From the NCBI GenBank assembly GCA_013817025.1, contig JACDDK010000001.1, forward strand, positions 1-28,400: 28,400 nt of DNA. Reading direction: 5' to 3'. A program made the translations under genes and the position numbers. This DNA comes from Rubrobacter sp. (GTDB lineage Bacteria; Actinomycetota; Rubrobacteria; Rubrobacterales; Rubrobacteraceae). Of the stretch, positions 1 through 8,826 are shown one piece after another. The notes beneath the pieces were generated by a model. It saw nothing but the letters and a program-made list of their open reading frames with translations, had not been told where the DNA came from and did no database searches. Each line of letters opens with the position of its first letter. Position 1 is the stretch's first letter.

Positions 1-99
1 AGCAGAGATTACGAGTTCTTAGCTGAGACTACGGAAGCTCTAATCTATGTGGCGATGGTCAGATTGATGGTACGTAGGCTCGCGAAAGGGACCGCCTGA
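1..99 (+). CDS. IS5-family transposase, C-terminal fragment (gene begins before the window)
   Basis: Frame 1 reads SRDYEFLAETTEALIYVAMVRLMVRRLAKGTA*, matching the C-terminal pattern (DYE..L.ET.EA.IY.AM.RLM.RRL) of IS1031-like IS5 transposases. Too short for the ORF track. Confidence 0.8.
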   Translation, partial: SRDYEFLAETTEALIYVAMVRLMVRRLAKGTA

Positions 100-118
100 A
101 CCCTTCTCAGACACCCTC
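1..118 (+). mobile_element. Right end of an IS5-family insertion sequence; terminal inverted repeat at about 103-118
   Basis: CTTCTCAGACACCCTC (reverse complement GAGGGTGTCTGAGAAG) lies 3 nt after the transposase stop and resembles IS1031-group ends. It is followed by TGA, a possible 3-bp target. The left end is outside the window. Confidence 0.65.
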
Positions 119-162
119 TGAGAGAAATAGGCGATCGGCTCGGTTGGCCTGGCGCTCTATCC

Positions 163-2289
163 ATGGAGATAGCCATGGGCCCTGACACCGTACCGCCCAC
201 CACGTTGCGCTCTCCCGGCGCCTTGCTCCTGGGGTGGCGTTTGTTGATCGGGCTGCCGCTGCTCCTGTTCGTACTATCGATACCGGCGAGATACCAGGAG
301 CTGGCCGAGATGGCTCGCCGGCTCTCGGAGGAGCTGGGGCCTGGATATGGCGCTCTGCAAGGCTTCCTCGCGAGCGGGACGTACTATGCTCTGGGCGCGC
401 TATTCCTGGAGATTATCTTCGTACTCTCCCTCGTGCTGACTTCCCTGGCGATAGTCTGGCGCAACCAGACCGGTTGGCGTGCCCTGTTTTTCTCAGCGGT
501 ATTCGTGTTCTATCCGGTGTGGGTGACGCCTACGCTCGATGCCCTCCAGTTACCCTCCGTTCCGCAGATCGTCGCGGACCTGACGCAGGCCGCGGGCGTG
601 CTACTGGCGGTCATGTTCTTCCTGCTCTTCCCGGACGGCCGGTTCGTACCTGGCTGGACCCGCGTGAGCGCCGTCGTCTGGCTCCTCTACTGCCTGGCTT
701 GGGGAATATTTCCCGGCGCGTGGTTCAGCCTCATCGACCCGTTCGAGGCGACATTCCCCGCGTTCCTGCTCCTGCTCCTGCTCGGGTGGGGACTTGGCCT
801 GCTTGTGCAGGCCATTCGCTACCGCCAGGCGCCACCATTGCAACGCGTCATGACCAAGTGGGTAGTGCTGGTCGTCGCCGCGGCATGCGCAGGCTACGGT
901 ATCGTGTACATACCGGATGTATTCCTCCCGGGATCGGGCTCCGCACGGGCACTATACGACCTCTTCGCCGTGCCCGTGTTCTGGCTGCTTGCGCTGCCGA
1001 TGCCCGTCGCTCTGGCGGTCGCTATGCAGCGCTACCATTTATTCGACGTCAAATTCATCCTGCAACGGACGCTGGTCTATGGTGCACTGACCGCGTGCGT
1101 GATCGGGCTCTACGTGCTGGTGGTTGTGGGTGTGGGGGCGCTGGTGCACTCCGGCGGCAACTTTGCGGTCTCGCTCTTCGCCACGGGTCTGGTCGCGGTC
1201 CTCTTCGCGCCGCTGAGAGACCGCCTGCAGCGCGCCGTAAACCACCTGATGTATGGTAAGCGAGAGGACCCGTACCGAGTGCTCTCCCAGCTCGGCCAGC
1301 GCCTGGAGGCCACGCTCGCCCCGGATGCCGTGCTCTCCACCGCCGTCAGGGCCGTCGCCGAGGCGTTGAATCTACCGTATGTGGCCATCGAACTCGAACA
1401 GGACGGCGCGTTCGAGGTGGCGGCGTCCACGGGCGGCCCCGTCGACGAGCCGTTCCGGCTGCCTCTCGTCTACGGGGGCGAGTCCGTCGGACGTCTTGTC
1501 CTGGCACCGCGCGCCGGCGGCGAGACCCTCTCACTCATGGACCGGCGGCTGCTGAACGATCTCGCCTGGCAGGTCGGCGTCGCGGTGCACGCCGCTCGTA
1601 TGACCGAGGATGCAGTCCGGCTCTCCGAAGCCCTGCAGCACTCCCGCGAGCGGCTGGTCACCGCGCACGAGGAGGAGCGACGCCGCTTGCGGCGCGACCT
1701 GCACGACGGCGTCGGCCCGCAGCTCGCCGCGCTCATGCTCAAACTGGAGACCGCCCGCAACAGACTGTCCCACGACCCGGCCGCCGATGCCCTGCTGACC
1801 GACATCACGGAGCGTACCCGGGACGCCATCGCCGACGTCCGACGCGCGGTCTACGACCTGCGCCCGCCCGCGCTCGACGAGCTCGGCCTCGTTCCAGCTT
1901 TGCGGGAGGGCACGGCCCAGTATGAACAGAACGGTCTGAACATCTCCGTGCATGCGCCGGAGAGTCTGCCGCAGCTGCCGGCCGCCATCGAAGTAGCGGC
2001 CTACCGGATCGCCCAGGAGGCCGTGACCAACGTCGTGCGGCACGCCGGCGCACACACCTGCGACGTCAGGATCTCGCTCGATGAGATGGCGAACGTGTTT
2101 TGCCTGGAGGTCATGGACGATGGCCGGGGCATAAGTGAAAAGCGGGGGACGGGCGTTGGTCTCCATTCCATGCGGGAGCGCGCCGAAGAGCTTGGCGGGA
2201 CGTGTGTCGTGGAGTCACGGCCCGAAGGCGGTGTCCGGGTGAGCGCGCGGCTGCCCTACCTGTTACCCGATCAGCATCAGGAGGTATGA
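163..2289 (+). CDS. Multi-TM sensor histidine kinase (GAF-like + HisKA_3 + HATPase)
   Basis: Hydrophobic N-terminal half; H-box [15 protein letters not shown]; [10 protein letters not shown]; DDGRG and [13 protein letters not shown]-binding motifs. Confidence 0.93.
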   Translation: MEIAMGPDTVPPTTLRSPGALLLGWRLLIGLPLLLFVLSIPARYQELAEMARRLSEELGPGYGALQGFLASGTYYALGALFLEIIFVLSLVLTSLAIVWRNQTGWRALFFSAVFVFYPVWVTPTLDALQLPSVPQIVADLTQAAGVLLAVMFFLLFPDGRFVPGWTRVSAVVWLLYCLAWGIFPGAWFSLIDPFEATFPAFLLLLLLGWGLGLLVQAIRYRQAPPLQRVMTKWVVLVVAAACAGYGIVYIPDVFLPGSGSARALYDLFAVPVFWLLALPMPVALAVAMQRYHLFDVKFILQRTLVYGALTACVIGLYVLVVVGVGALVHSGGNFAVSLFATGLVAVLFAPLRDRLQRAVNHLMYGKREDPYRVLSQLGQRLEATLAPDAVLSTAVRAVAEALNLPYVAIELEQDGAFEVAASTGGPVDEPFRLPLVYGGESVGRLVLAPRAGGETLSLMDRRLLNDLAWQVGVAVHAARMTEDAVRLSEALQHSRERLVTAHEEERRRLRRDLHDGVGPQLAALMLKLETARNRLSHDPAADALLTDITERTRDAIADVRRAVYDLRPPALDELGLVPALREGTAQYEQNGLNISVHAPESLPQLPAAIEVAAYRIAQEAVTNVVRHAGAHTCDVRISLDEMANVFCLEVMDDGRGISEKRGTGVGLHSMRERAEELGGTCVVESRPEGGVRVSARLPYLLPDQHQEV

Positions 2290-2939
2290 ACGTGGAGTCT
2301 ATTCGCATCCTCATAGCCGATGACCACCCACTCTTCCGAGACGGGATGCACGGGCTTCTGGACTCGATGGAGGACACCGACGTGGTAGGCGAGGCGGAGA
2401 GCGGTGAAGAGGCCATCGAGTGTGCGGAAGCGTTGCAGCCGGACGTAATCCTAATGGACGTCAAGATGCCGGGGATCAACGGCATAGAGGCCACGCGCGA
2501 GATCGTAAGCGCGAGCCCTCACATCGGCGTTCTCATCGTCACCATGTTCGAGGACGACGACTCGGTCTTCGCCGCGATGCGCGCCGGCGCTCGCGGCTAC
2601 CTGCTCAAGGATACCAGCCAGGCCGAGGTACTATCCGCCATCCGGGCCGTCGCGAGCGGAGGTGCGATGTTCAGTCCCGGCGTCGCCCACAGGCTCATGG
2701 ACTTCTTCTCCGCCGATAGACCCGTCGCACCGCCGAAAGCGTTCCCCGAGCTAACCGGGCGCGAGGAGGAGATCCTGGTTCTCATAGCGCAAGGTCATGG
2801 CAACCAGGAGATCGCCGAAGGGCTCTGCCTCAGCCTCAAGACGGTACGCAACCACGTCTCCAACATCTACACCAAGCTGCAGGTAGCCGACCGTTCCCAG
2901 GCCGTCATTCGCGCCCGCGAGGCAGGATTCGGCGGATAG
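2286..2939 (+). CDS. NarL/LuxR-family response regulator
   Basis: ATG 2286 overlaps the kinase stop (ATGA). Receiver motifs IADDH, DVILMD, GYLLK; C-terminal Lux[13 protein letters not shown]...[13 protein letters not shown]. The 2202 start in the ORF track is an overextension. Confidence 0.95.
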   Translation: MNVESIRILIADDHPLFRDGMHGLLDSMEDTDVVGEAESGEEAIECAEALQPDVILMDVKMPGINGIEATREIVSASPHIGVLIVTMFEDDDSVFAAMRAGARGYLLKDTSQAEVLSAIRAVASGGAMFSPGVAHRLMDFFSADRPVAPPKAFPELTGREEEILVLIAQGHGNQEIAEGLCLSLKTVRNHVSNIYTKLQVADRSQAVIRAREAGFGG

Positions 2940-2950
2940 GATTCGTGACA

Positions 2951-2967
2951 CGGTCTGAAAGAGACCG
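2951..2967 (+). terminator. Short hairpin after the response regulator, overlapping a candidate -35 (CTGAAA 2955-2960)
   Basis: CGGTCT-gaaag-AGACCG, 6-bp stem with no U-tract. Confidence 0.3.
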
Positions 2968-2977
2968 GGCGTTGCCC

Positions 2978-4168
2978 TAGTGCGTCTCCACAGTAAATAA
3001 AGTGGGTAGTCTCCTTCCGAGACGGATCTGGAAGGAGAAAACCGTGAAGAAGTACGTGGTGGATCTCGATGAACGCGAGAGGGACCGGTTGGAGCAGTTG
3101 ACCACCAAAGGAAAGAGCGGCGCCCGCAGAATACGCCGGGCTCGAATACTGCTTTTGGCCGATGAGGGGCGCATCGACAAGGAGATAGCCTCTTTTCTCG
3201 GCGCCGCGGTCACTACCGTCGAGCGGGTGAGAAGGCGCTTTGTGGAGGAGGGTTTGGAGGCTGCGCTTTCTGAGAGGCCGAGGCCGGGAGCGGCGCGCAA
3301 GCTCGATGGGCGCCAGGAAGCCTTTCTTATGGCGCTGGCCTGCTCGGACACTCCCGAGGGAAGAGGAGAGTGGAGTATGAGGATGCTCGCGAACAGGCTC
3401 GTGGAGCTTGATGTGGTCGATGAGATAAGCGATGAAACGGTAAGACGTACGCTCAAAAGGGGGATCTCAAACCGTGGTTGAAGAAGCAATGGTGCATCCC
3501 CGAGCCCCCGAGCGCCGAGTTCGTCTGGCGCATGGAGGACGTGCTCGATCTCTACGAGGAGCCTTACGATCCGAAGCGTCCGGTAGTCTGCTTCGACGAG
3601 ACGCCCTACCAGATGGTCGCCGAGAAGCGCGCTCCCGTACCCGCCAAGCCCGACCGGGTGGCGCGCCACGACTACGAGTACGAGCGCGGGGGCATGGTCA
3701 ACGTCTTCGCCTTCTTCGAGCCGAAGGCGTGGTGGCGCCATGTGGATGTCACCGAGCGACGCACGGCGGTGGATTTCGCCCATGCCATGAGGCGTTTGGC
3801 CGAGGAGCATTATCCCGAGGCCAGGAAGGTGCGGGTGGTTCTGGACAATCTCAACACCCACACTCCGGCCTCGCTCTACAAGGCGTTCGAGCCGGAGGAG
3901 GCGCGGCGTGTGCTGCGCCGTCTGGAGTTCCACCACACACCCAAGCACGCCTCCTGGCTCAACCAGGTGGAGATAGAGTTGTCGGTGCTCTCGCGACAGT
4001 GCCTGAGTCGCCGCATCCCGGACGAGGGAACGCTGAAGAGGGAGAGCGGGGCGTGGGAAAGGAAGCGAAACGAAGAGGAGGCGACAGTGGATTGGCGTTT
4101 CACCGCTCCAGACGCTCGGGAGAAGCTGAAGCGACTTTACCCACCACGATCATAGTGGCGAAGTACTA
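2978..4168 (+). mobile_element. Complete IS630-family element flanked by duplicated TA within CTAG
   Basis: CTAG at 2977-2980 and 4166-4169. Ends GTGCGTCTCCAC and (reverse complement) GTACTTCGCCAC match at 9/12 positions. Encloses a two-frame DDE transposase. Confidence 0.92.
3044..4155 (+). CDS. IS630 transposase in two overlapping frames (OrfA 3044-3481 HTH; OrfB to 4155 DDE), joined by a -1 shift
   Basis: RBS GAAGGAG before GTG 3044. OrfB has CFDE, LDNLNTH and WLNQVE motifs. A -1 shift at AAAAGGGGG (3455-3463) gives ...TLK(K)GDLKPWLKKQWCIP. Confidence 0.9.
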
Positions 4169-4172
4169 GAAT
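4167..4172 (+). promoter_or_regulatory. -10 box TAGAAT of a probable leaderless phosphatase transcript
   Basis: TAGAAT lies 7 nt before GTG 4180 and no Shine-Dalgarno is present. Its TA is the IS630 target duplication. Confidence 0.55.
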
Positions 4173-4179
4173 CATCCCC

Positions 4180-4656
4180 GTGGTTCGCGTTCTTTTCGTC
4201 TGCATGGGAAACATCTGCCGCTCGCCGCTGGCGCAGGGCGTCTTCGAGGAAGTGCTGCGCCGCGAGGGACTGGAAGGGGAGGTGGAGGTAGACTCCGCCG
4301 GCACCGGCCACTGGCACGTGGGACGGTCGCCGGACGAGAGGGGACAGAGGAGCGCCGGGGTCCGGGGCCTGGACATAAGCTCCCAGCGGGCGTGCCAGAT
4401 CCGACCCGAGGACTGCGAGAACTTCGATTACGTCCTCACGATGGATGAAGAGAACTACCGGACGGTTGCGGCGCTCTGCCGGGGGAGCGCCGTCGTCCGT
4501 CCTTTCCTCGATTTCGCCACCGACTCCCCGGAGCGCGAGGTACCCGACCCCTACTACGGCGGCTCTGAGGGCTTCGATCACGTGCTCGACCTGGTGGAGG
4601 AAGCATCGGAAGGCCTCCTGGAAGACATCCGGCGGCGGTTCGGCAGCGGTGGCTGA
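4180..4656 (+). CDS. ptpA: Low-molecular-weight protein-tyrosine-phosphatase family protein
   Basis: P-loop CMGNICRS (CX5R), DSAGT and DPYYG motifs. Confidence 0.93.
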   Translation: MVRVLFVCMGNICRSPLAQGVFEEVLRREGLEGEVEVDSAGTGHWHVGRSPDERGQRSAGVRGLDISSQRACQIRPEDCENFDYVLTMDEENYRTVAALCRGSAVVRPFLDFATDSPEREVPDPYYGGSEGFDHVLDLVEEASEGLLEDIRRRFGSGG

Positions 4657-5509
4657 GAGGATCATCGCCGAAGGTGTGCAGGCGTACCTGGGGGAGCGGC
4701 TAACGAGCGCGCGTCCGCTGGGTGGCGGCTGTATCGGCGAGGTGTACCGCGTGGAGCTTGTCGATGGAACACCGCTGGTGGCGAAGGTTGACCGGGAGGG
4801 CGAGTCGCACCTGGAGCGCGAATCGTACATGCTGCGCTACCTGCGCGAGAATAGCGAGCTTCCCGTCCCAGAGGTGCATCACGGCTCGGAGACGCTGTTG
4901 TTGATGGAGTTTATCGAGGGGACGAACGAGTTCTCCGAAGGTGCCGAGCATCACGCGGCGGAGTTGCTGGCTGGATTGCACGGCATCGGTGGTGCGGCTT
5001 ATGGTCACGAGCGGGATACCCTGATCGGGAGCCTCAATCAGCCGAACCCGTGGACGGAGAGCTGGCTGGATCTCTTCCGCGACCAGCGCCTGCTCTACAT
5101 TGCGGAGATCGCGCACAAAGCGGGTCGTCTGCCGCTGGAGGACTTGCGCCGGATAGAACGGCTGGCGGGGCGGTTGGAAGACTTTATCGACGAACTCAAC
5201 CCACCGGCGCTGATTCATGGGGACGTGTGGCGCGGGAACGTTTTGGCTAACGGTAACCGCATATCCGCTTTTTTCGACCCGGCGATCTACTACGCGGACC
5301 CCGAGATCGAACTGGCCTTCATCAGCATGTTCAACTCTTTCGGCACCGCGTTCTTCGAGCGGTACGCGGAGATCCGACCGATCAGCGCCGCATTCTTCGA
5401 GACCCGCCACGACCTCTACAACCTGTACCCGCTATTGGTGCATACCTACTACTTCGGTGGTGGCTACCCGGACTCGGTGCGGAGCATCCTGAGCCGGTTC
5501 GGGTTCTAA
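4649..5509 (+). CDS. Fructosamine/ketosamine-3-kinase family protein
   Basis: GTG 4649 overlaps the phosphatase stop. Motifs GGGCI, LIHGDVWRGN, FFDPAIYYADPEIELAF, LYNLYPLLVH. Confidence 0.9.
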   Translation: MAERIIAEGVQAYLGERLTSARPLGGGCIGEVYRVELVDGTPLVAKVDREGESHLERESYMLRYLRENSELPVPEVHHGSETLLLMEFIEGTNEFSEGAEHHAAELLAGLHGIGGAAYGHERDTLIGSLNQPNPWTESWLDLFRDQRLLYIAEIAHKAGRLPLEDLRRIERLAGRLEDFIDELNPPALIHGDVWRGNVLANGNRISAFFDPAIYYADPEIELAFISMFNSFGTAFFERYAEIRPISAAFFETRHDLYNLYPLLVHTYYFGGGYPDSVRSILSRFGF

Positions 5510-5525
5510 GCCTCGCGGCTCAATA

Positions 5526-5541
5526 TGCTCCGGGTGGAGCA
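5526..5541. terminator. Hairpin between convergent genes
   Basis: TGCTCC-gggt-GGAGCA in the 32-bp gap between two stop codons. Confidence 0.4.
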
Positions 5542-6054
5542 CTAGGAGCGGGTTCTTTTTAGCAGGCGCGAGCCGACGGAGAGTACGAGGGCGTCTTCGA
5601 GGTGACCGAAAACTGCGTCCGGGACGCCGAGCCTCTGCGCCGATCCTTTACGGAGGCGGTCGGCGGCGTAGACCCCGGCGAGGGCGGACAGCGTACCGAG
5701 CAACGCGCCAGCGTCACCCCGATGGTTGCGGGAGACGAACAGCGCCGATCCCACCAGAGCGCCGGAGAGGGCGCGACCGAACAGCGCGGGGGCCGAAACA
5801 CGCGCCGGCACGAACGAGGTCTTGTCCCCGATCATCTCGCCCACCAACAGCGTCTGGAGTAATGCCGAGACCTTTTCTGATCCCAGTGCCGCGAACGGTG
5901 TGTTCAAGAGGTTCTCTACATCCCCGCGCCGGATCGCCCGGCTGAGGAACGCTGGACCCGCCATCGAGCGTACGCCGCTTAGGGCGGCCAGGCCGATGAC
6001 CCGGAAGGTTCCGGCGGGGATCTCGAACTCGACGCGGCTCTTTCGTTTAAGCAA
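5542..6054 (-). CDS. Small membrane protein, DUF4126-like
   Basis: Gly/Ala/Leu-rich helices; GLAALSGVRSM and GEMIGDKTSFVPAR motifs. The TTG 6054 start (GGAG 5 nt upstream, overlapping the icd stop) is inferred. Confidence 0.7.
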   Translation of the reverse strand: MLKRKSRVEFEIPAGTFRVIGLAALSGVRSMAGPAFLSRAIRRGDVENLLNTPFAALGSEKVSALLQTLLVGEMIGDKTSFVPARVSAPALFGRALSGALVGSALFVSRNHRGDAGALLGTLSALAGVYAADRLRKGSAQRLGVPDAVFGHLEDALVLSVGSRLLKRTRS

Positions 6055-7123
6055 GGGCGCTCCAGACCTCCAGCTTGGTTCGGACGTGCCGTATGATCTC
6101 GTCGGTAAACTCCGTCGTGCCGGTCGCCCCTCCGAGGTCCGCGGTCTTGACGCCATCCAGGATACTCTCGAAGGTCGCCTCGTAGATGGCCCGCGATACC
6201 CGGCTGGCTTCCTCCTCGTGAAAGAAGGTCAATAGCGCCGCTCCGGCCAGAATCATCGCCATCGGGTTCGCCACGTTCTTGCCTTCGAGGCTGGGCGCGG
6301 TGCCGTGCGGGGCTTCAGCCATGACGGTCTCGGGGTGTTCGTCCTCGTCGAGGGCTATGAGCAGGGATTCGGCCCCGGCGATGGAGCCGAACATCTGCAT
6401 CACTAGGTCCGAGATGCAGTCGCCGTCGCGGTTTAGCGTTGGGATCACGAGCGGCTCGCCGAAGGTCGTCAACAGCAGAGCGTAGGTCGCGTCTATTAGC
6501 TGCGGGTCGTAGCGGACGTCGCGGCTGTTCTCGGCGGCGCGATCCATCTCCTCCTTGAGCATTCCCTCGTAGATGGGGGAGACGGTGTATTTCGGCCCGC
6601 CGAAGACCTTCGCCCGCATCTTACGCGCCTGGATAAACGCGAACTCCGAGACACCGCGGCACACCCGCCGCGAGATCTTCTCGGTCCGGTACGCCATCTC
6701 GTCCAGTCCCTCGCCCTCGCGCCACTCCTCCGCCCCATAAGCATCGTCTACGGCCATCCGCACTACGGAGATCGGCGCGTGAACGCCCGTGACGGGGTTG
6801 ACGCCTGGTATGCGCCGTCCCGTGCGGACGATGACGGTCCCGTCTATGCCTTTCCGCAGGATGGCGTTCGGCGAGCCGACATCGCCGCTGTTCTCCGGGG
6901 TTACGGTGGCCGCCTTGATGCCGAAGCCGCACTCCTTCATCGCCACCGCCGCCTCGTGGACGACCGCGTTATCCGTCTTCTGGCGGTTCTCCAACGATAG
7001 GTCGAAGCGCCGGAACTCCAACTCTATACCCGTTACCATCGGGTCCAGCACGCGGAGAGCCTCCTCCAGCAACTCCTGGCCGGTCTGATCGCCCTCCATC
7101 ACCACGATTGTTTTTGGATCCAC
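6047..7123 (-). CDS. icd: Isocitrate dehydrogenase (isocitrate/isopropylmalate dehydrogenase family)
   Basis: GDQTG, KAATVTP, SPNAILR (Ser/Asn/Arg typical of isocitrate binding), NRDGDCISD, EAPHGTAP...NPMAMIL. GTG 7123 is preferred for RBS spacing; 7132 is the alternative start. Confidence 0.8.
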   Translation of the reverse strand: MDPKTIVVMEGDQTGQELLEEALRVLDPMVTGIELEFRRFDLSLENRQKTDNAVVHEAAVAMKECGFGIKAATVTPENSGDVGSPNAILRKGIDGTVIVRTGRRIPGVNPVTGVHAPISVVRMAVDDAYGAEEWREGEGLDEMAYRTEKISRRVCRGVSEFAFIQARKMRAKVFGGPKYTVSPIYEGMLKEEMDRAAENSRDVRYDPQLIDATYALLLTTFGEPLVIPTLNRDGDCISDLVMQMFGSIAGAESLLIALDEDEHPETVMAEAPHGTAPSLEGKNVANPMAMILAGAALLTFFHEEEASRVSRAIYEATFESILDGVKTADLGGATGTTEFTDEIIRHVRTKLEVWSALA

Positions 7124-7143
7124 TGATCGCACCCCTGGCTAGT

Positions 7144-7196
7144 CTTATATGCTTTGCCCGCTTAGTATAAGGCTTGTGAAGCCACGGCTTGTGAAG
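7144..7196 (-). promoter_or_regulatory. icd promoter region with -10 TATACT and repeats
   Basis: Minus-strand TATACT at 7169-7164; direct repeat GGCTTGTGAAG at 7171-7181 and 7186-7196; inverted CTTATA/TATAAG at 7144-7149 and 7166-7171. Confidence 0.5.
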
Positions 7197-7243
7197 TAAT
7201 TGCCGCTCCGTGGTGCTACCGAGACCCTGGCGATGACCGGGGT

Positions 7244-7261
7244 TTGCAATTCGGGTAGACT
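7244..7261 (+). promoter_or_regulatory. TTGCAATTC(R)GGTAG motif ending in a -10-like TAGACT; second copy before aceA
   Basis: 14/15 identity with 11031-11045. Confidence 0.55.
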
Positions 7262-7300
7262 GTCCCCGGTTCACGGACCGACGGACGGGGGGACTTACGC

Positions 7301-7654
7301 ATGATCCGCATCGCGCTCCGGGCTTTGATCTTCTCACTGATCACCTTGATCGGCACTGGGGTGCTTGTTGACTCGCTCTCGAATCTGCAAGTACCGGGCT
7401 GGATCGTCTTTATGTTGGCATTTTTCTTCATGTTCGCGATGTTCTTCTTGTTCGCCTACCGCAGACCATTCTCGCAGCGAAGAGGTAGAAGGCGCGCAGG
7501 CGATGTCTGGTACGGTGGATACTACGGTGATGGCGGAAGTCCCGACGGCGGCAACAGAGGTTCTGATAGCGGTTCCCACGGTGGTTGGTTCGGGGGTGAC
7601 GGCGGAGGCGGAGGTGGCGGCGACGGTGGAGGCGGCGGTGGGGGAGGAAACTAA
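7301..7654 (+). CDS. Small membrane protein with two TM segments and a Gly/Asp-rich tail
   Basis: 117-aa ORF with a G-rich RBS, two hydrophobic stretches, an Arg cluster and a poly-Gly C-terminus. Confidence 0.75.
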   Translation: MIRIALRALIFSLITLIGTGVLVDSLSNLQVPGWIVFMLAFFFMFAMFFLFAYRRPFSQRRGRRRAGDVWYGGYYGDGGSPDGGNRGSDSGSHGGWFGGDGGGGGGGDGGGGGGGGN

Positions 7655-7793
7655 CTCCGGCATCCACAATGTGTCTCGAACAGGGTGAATCAATGCTCCG
7701 CTAGACATCCCGTACCCGGTCCAAAAACCCACCGCTGAAGGCCTAAAAACGAAAGCGCGGTTTGCGAAGGGTTCGGGACTTCCGCGATTCGCT

Positions 7794-8753
7794 TTACGTA
7801 AACAGGTCTATGAGTTGCAGGTTCTCGAACTCGGCGGCCAGGGCTGGTGAGAGCTGGGTGTGGTCCCGCCGCTCGTCCATCTTCTCCGCTACTTCGAGGA
7901 ACGCCGCCACAGGGCCGGTGGTCGGCACGTCCCGCCGTTTTAGGGCGGCGATAGGACGGCTGAGAGACGGGTCCTCCTCGACGTCGATGAGGACGAGGTT
8001 GCCGGAGGACACGCTGCGGACGACAGCCGTGCGGGGCAGGAAGGCTACGCCGAGCCGGTGCTCGACCATACGTTTGGCCGCCTCGATGTTGTCCACCTCC
8101 ATCGTGCGTAGCTCGCGGAGCCCTGCGTTGCGTAGCAGGGCGTGGGTCTGCTCCGTGTAGCTGGAGTTTTTGTCGAACAGGATCAGGTTTTCCTCCCCGA
8201 TCTCCTCAAGCCCCACGGCTCCTTTCGCCGTGAACCGATGCCCCGGATCCACGACCAACACCAACTCGTCGTCGTACAACGTCAAGCTCTCGACTTCCGG
8301 GTGACTCATCGCCCGAGTCAACCCCAACTGCACCTCCTCTTTCAAAACCATCTCCAATATCTCCTCCGAATGCCCTGTCCGAACGGAGACCGTCACCCCT
8401 GGATAAGCCGCCACGAACCGCTCCAGAAGCCCCGGTAACGCATAAGTCCCAACCCCCGGCGAGGTTCCGAGCGCCAGACGCCCCCCCGAAGCCCCCCGCA
8501 ACTCCGCCAACCGCCGCTTCCCATCCTCGAAGCTCCCCACGCACCGCTCCGCATACGCCACGAACTCCCGCCCAGCCTCCGTAAGCCGCATCCCCCGGCT
8601 AGTCCGCACGAAAAGCTGATCCCCAACCTCTTCCTCAAGCCCCTTCAACCGCGCCGTGAGCGTCGGCTGCGTTAGAAACATCTCCTCCGCCGCCCGGCTC
8701 ACGTTCCCGAGCCGCGCCACCGCCAGGAAACACTCCATCTGTCGGTATAGCAT
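7794..8753 (-). CDS. LysR-family transcriptional regulator
   Basis: N-terminal HTH FLAVARLGNVSRAAEEMFLTQPTLTARLKGLE, LFVRTSRGMRLTEAG and a substrate-binding domain; divergent from the ace genes. Confidence 0.95.
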   Translation of the reverse strand: MLYRQMECFLAVARLGNVSRAAEEMFLTQPTLTARLKGLEEEVGDQLFVRTSRGMRLTEAGREFVAYAERCVGSFEDGKRRLAELRGASGGRLALGTSPGVGTYALPGLLERFVAAYPGVTVSVRTGHSEEILEMVLKEEVQLGLTRAMSHPEVESLTLYDDELVLVVDPGHRFTAKGAVGLEEIGEENLILFDKNSSYTEQTHALLRNAGLRELRTMEVDNIEAAKRMVEHRLGVAFLPRTAVVRSVSSGNLVLIDVEEDPSLSRPIAALKRRDVPTTGPVAAFLEVAEKMDERRDHTQLSPALAAEFENLQLIDLFT

Positions 8754-8826
8754 CGGTGCTCCCCTCGGTCGCGGTTTTAGGCTTGGAGTGTCGGGCTTCG
8801 GGTTCTCGCTCGACTGACCTTTAGAT

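Noticed and set aside
2977-3948. 323-aa antisense ORF spanning the IS630
   Set aside because: Shadow frame of the GC-rich transposase with no recognisable motifs; such antisense ORFs are common in IS630 elements.
7590-7650. GGC/GGT-rich tandem-like repeat
   Set aside because: Explained by poly-Gly coding; it is not a separate repeat element or CRISPR.
7815-7830. FENLQ shared between the LysR and FadA C-termini (TTCGAGAACYTGCA)
   Set aside because: A single short match between unrelated genes 18 kb apart; compatible with chance.
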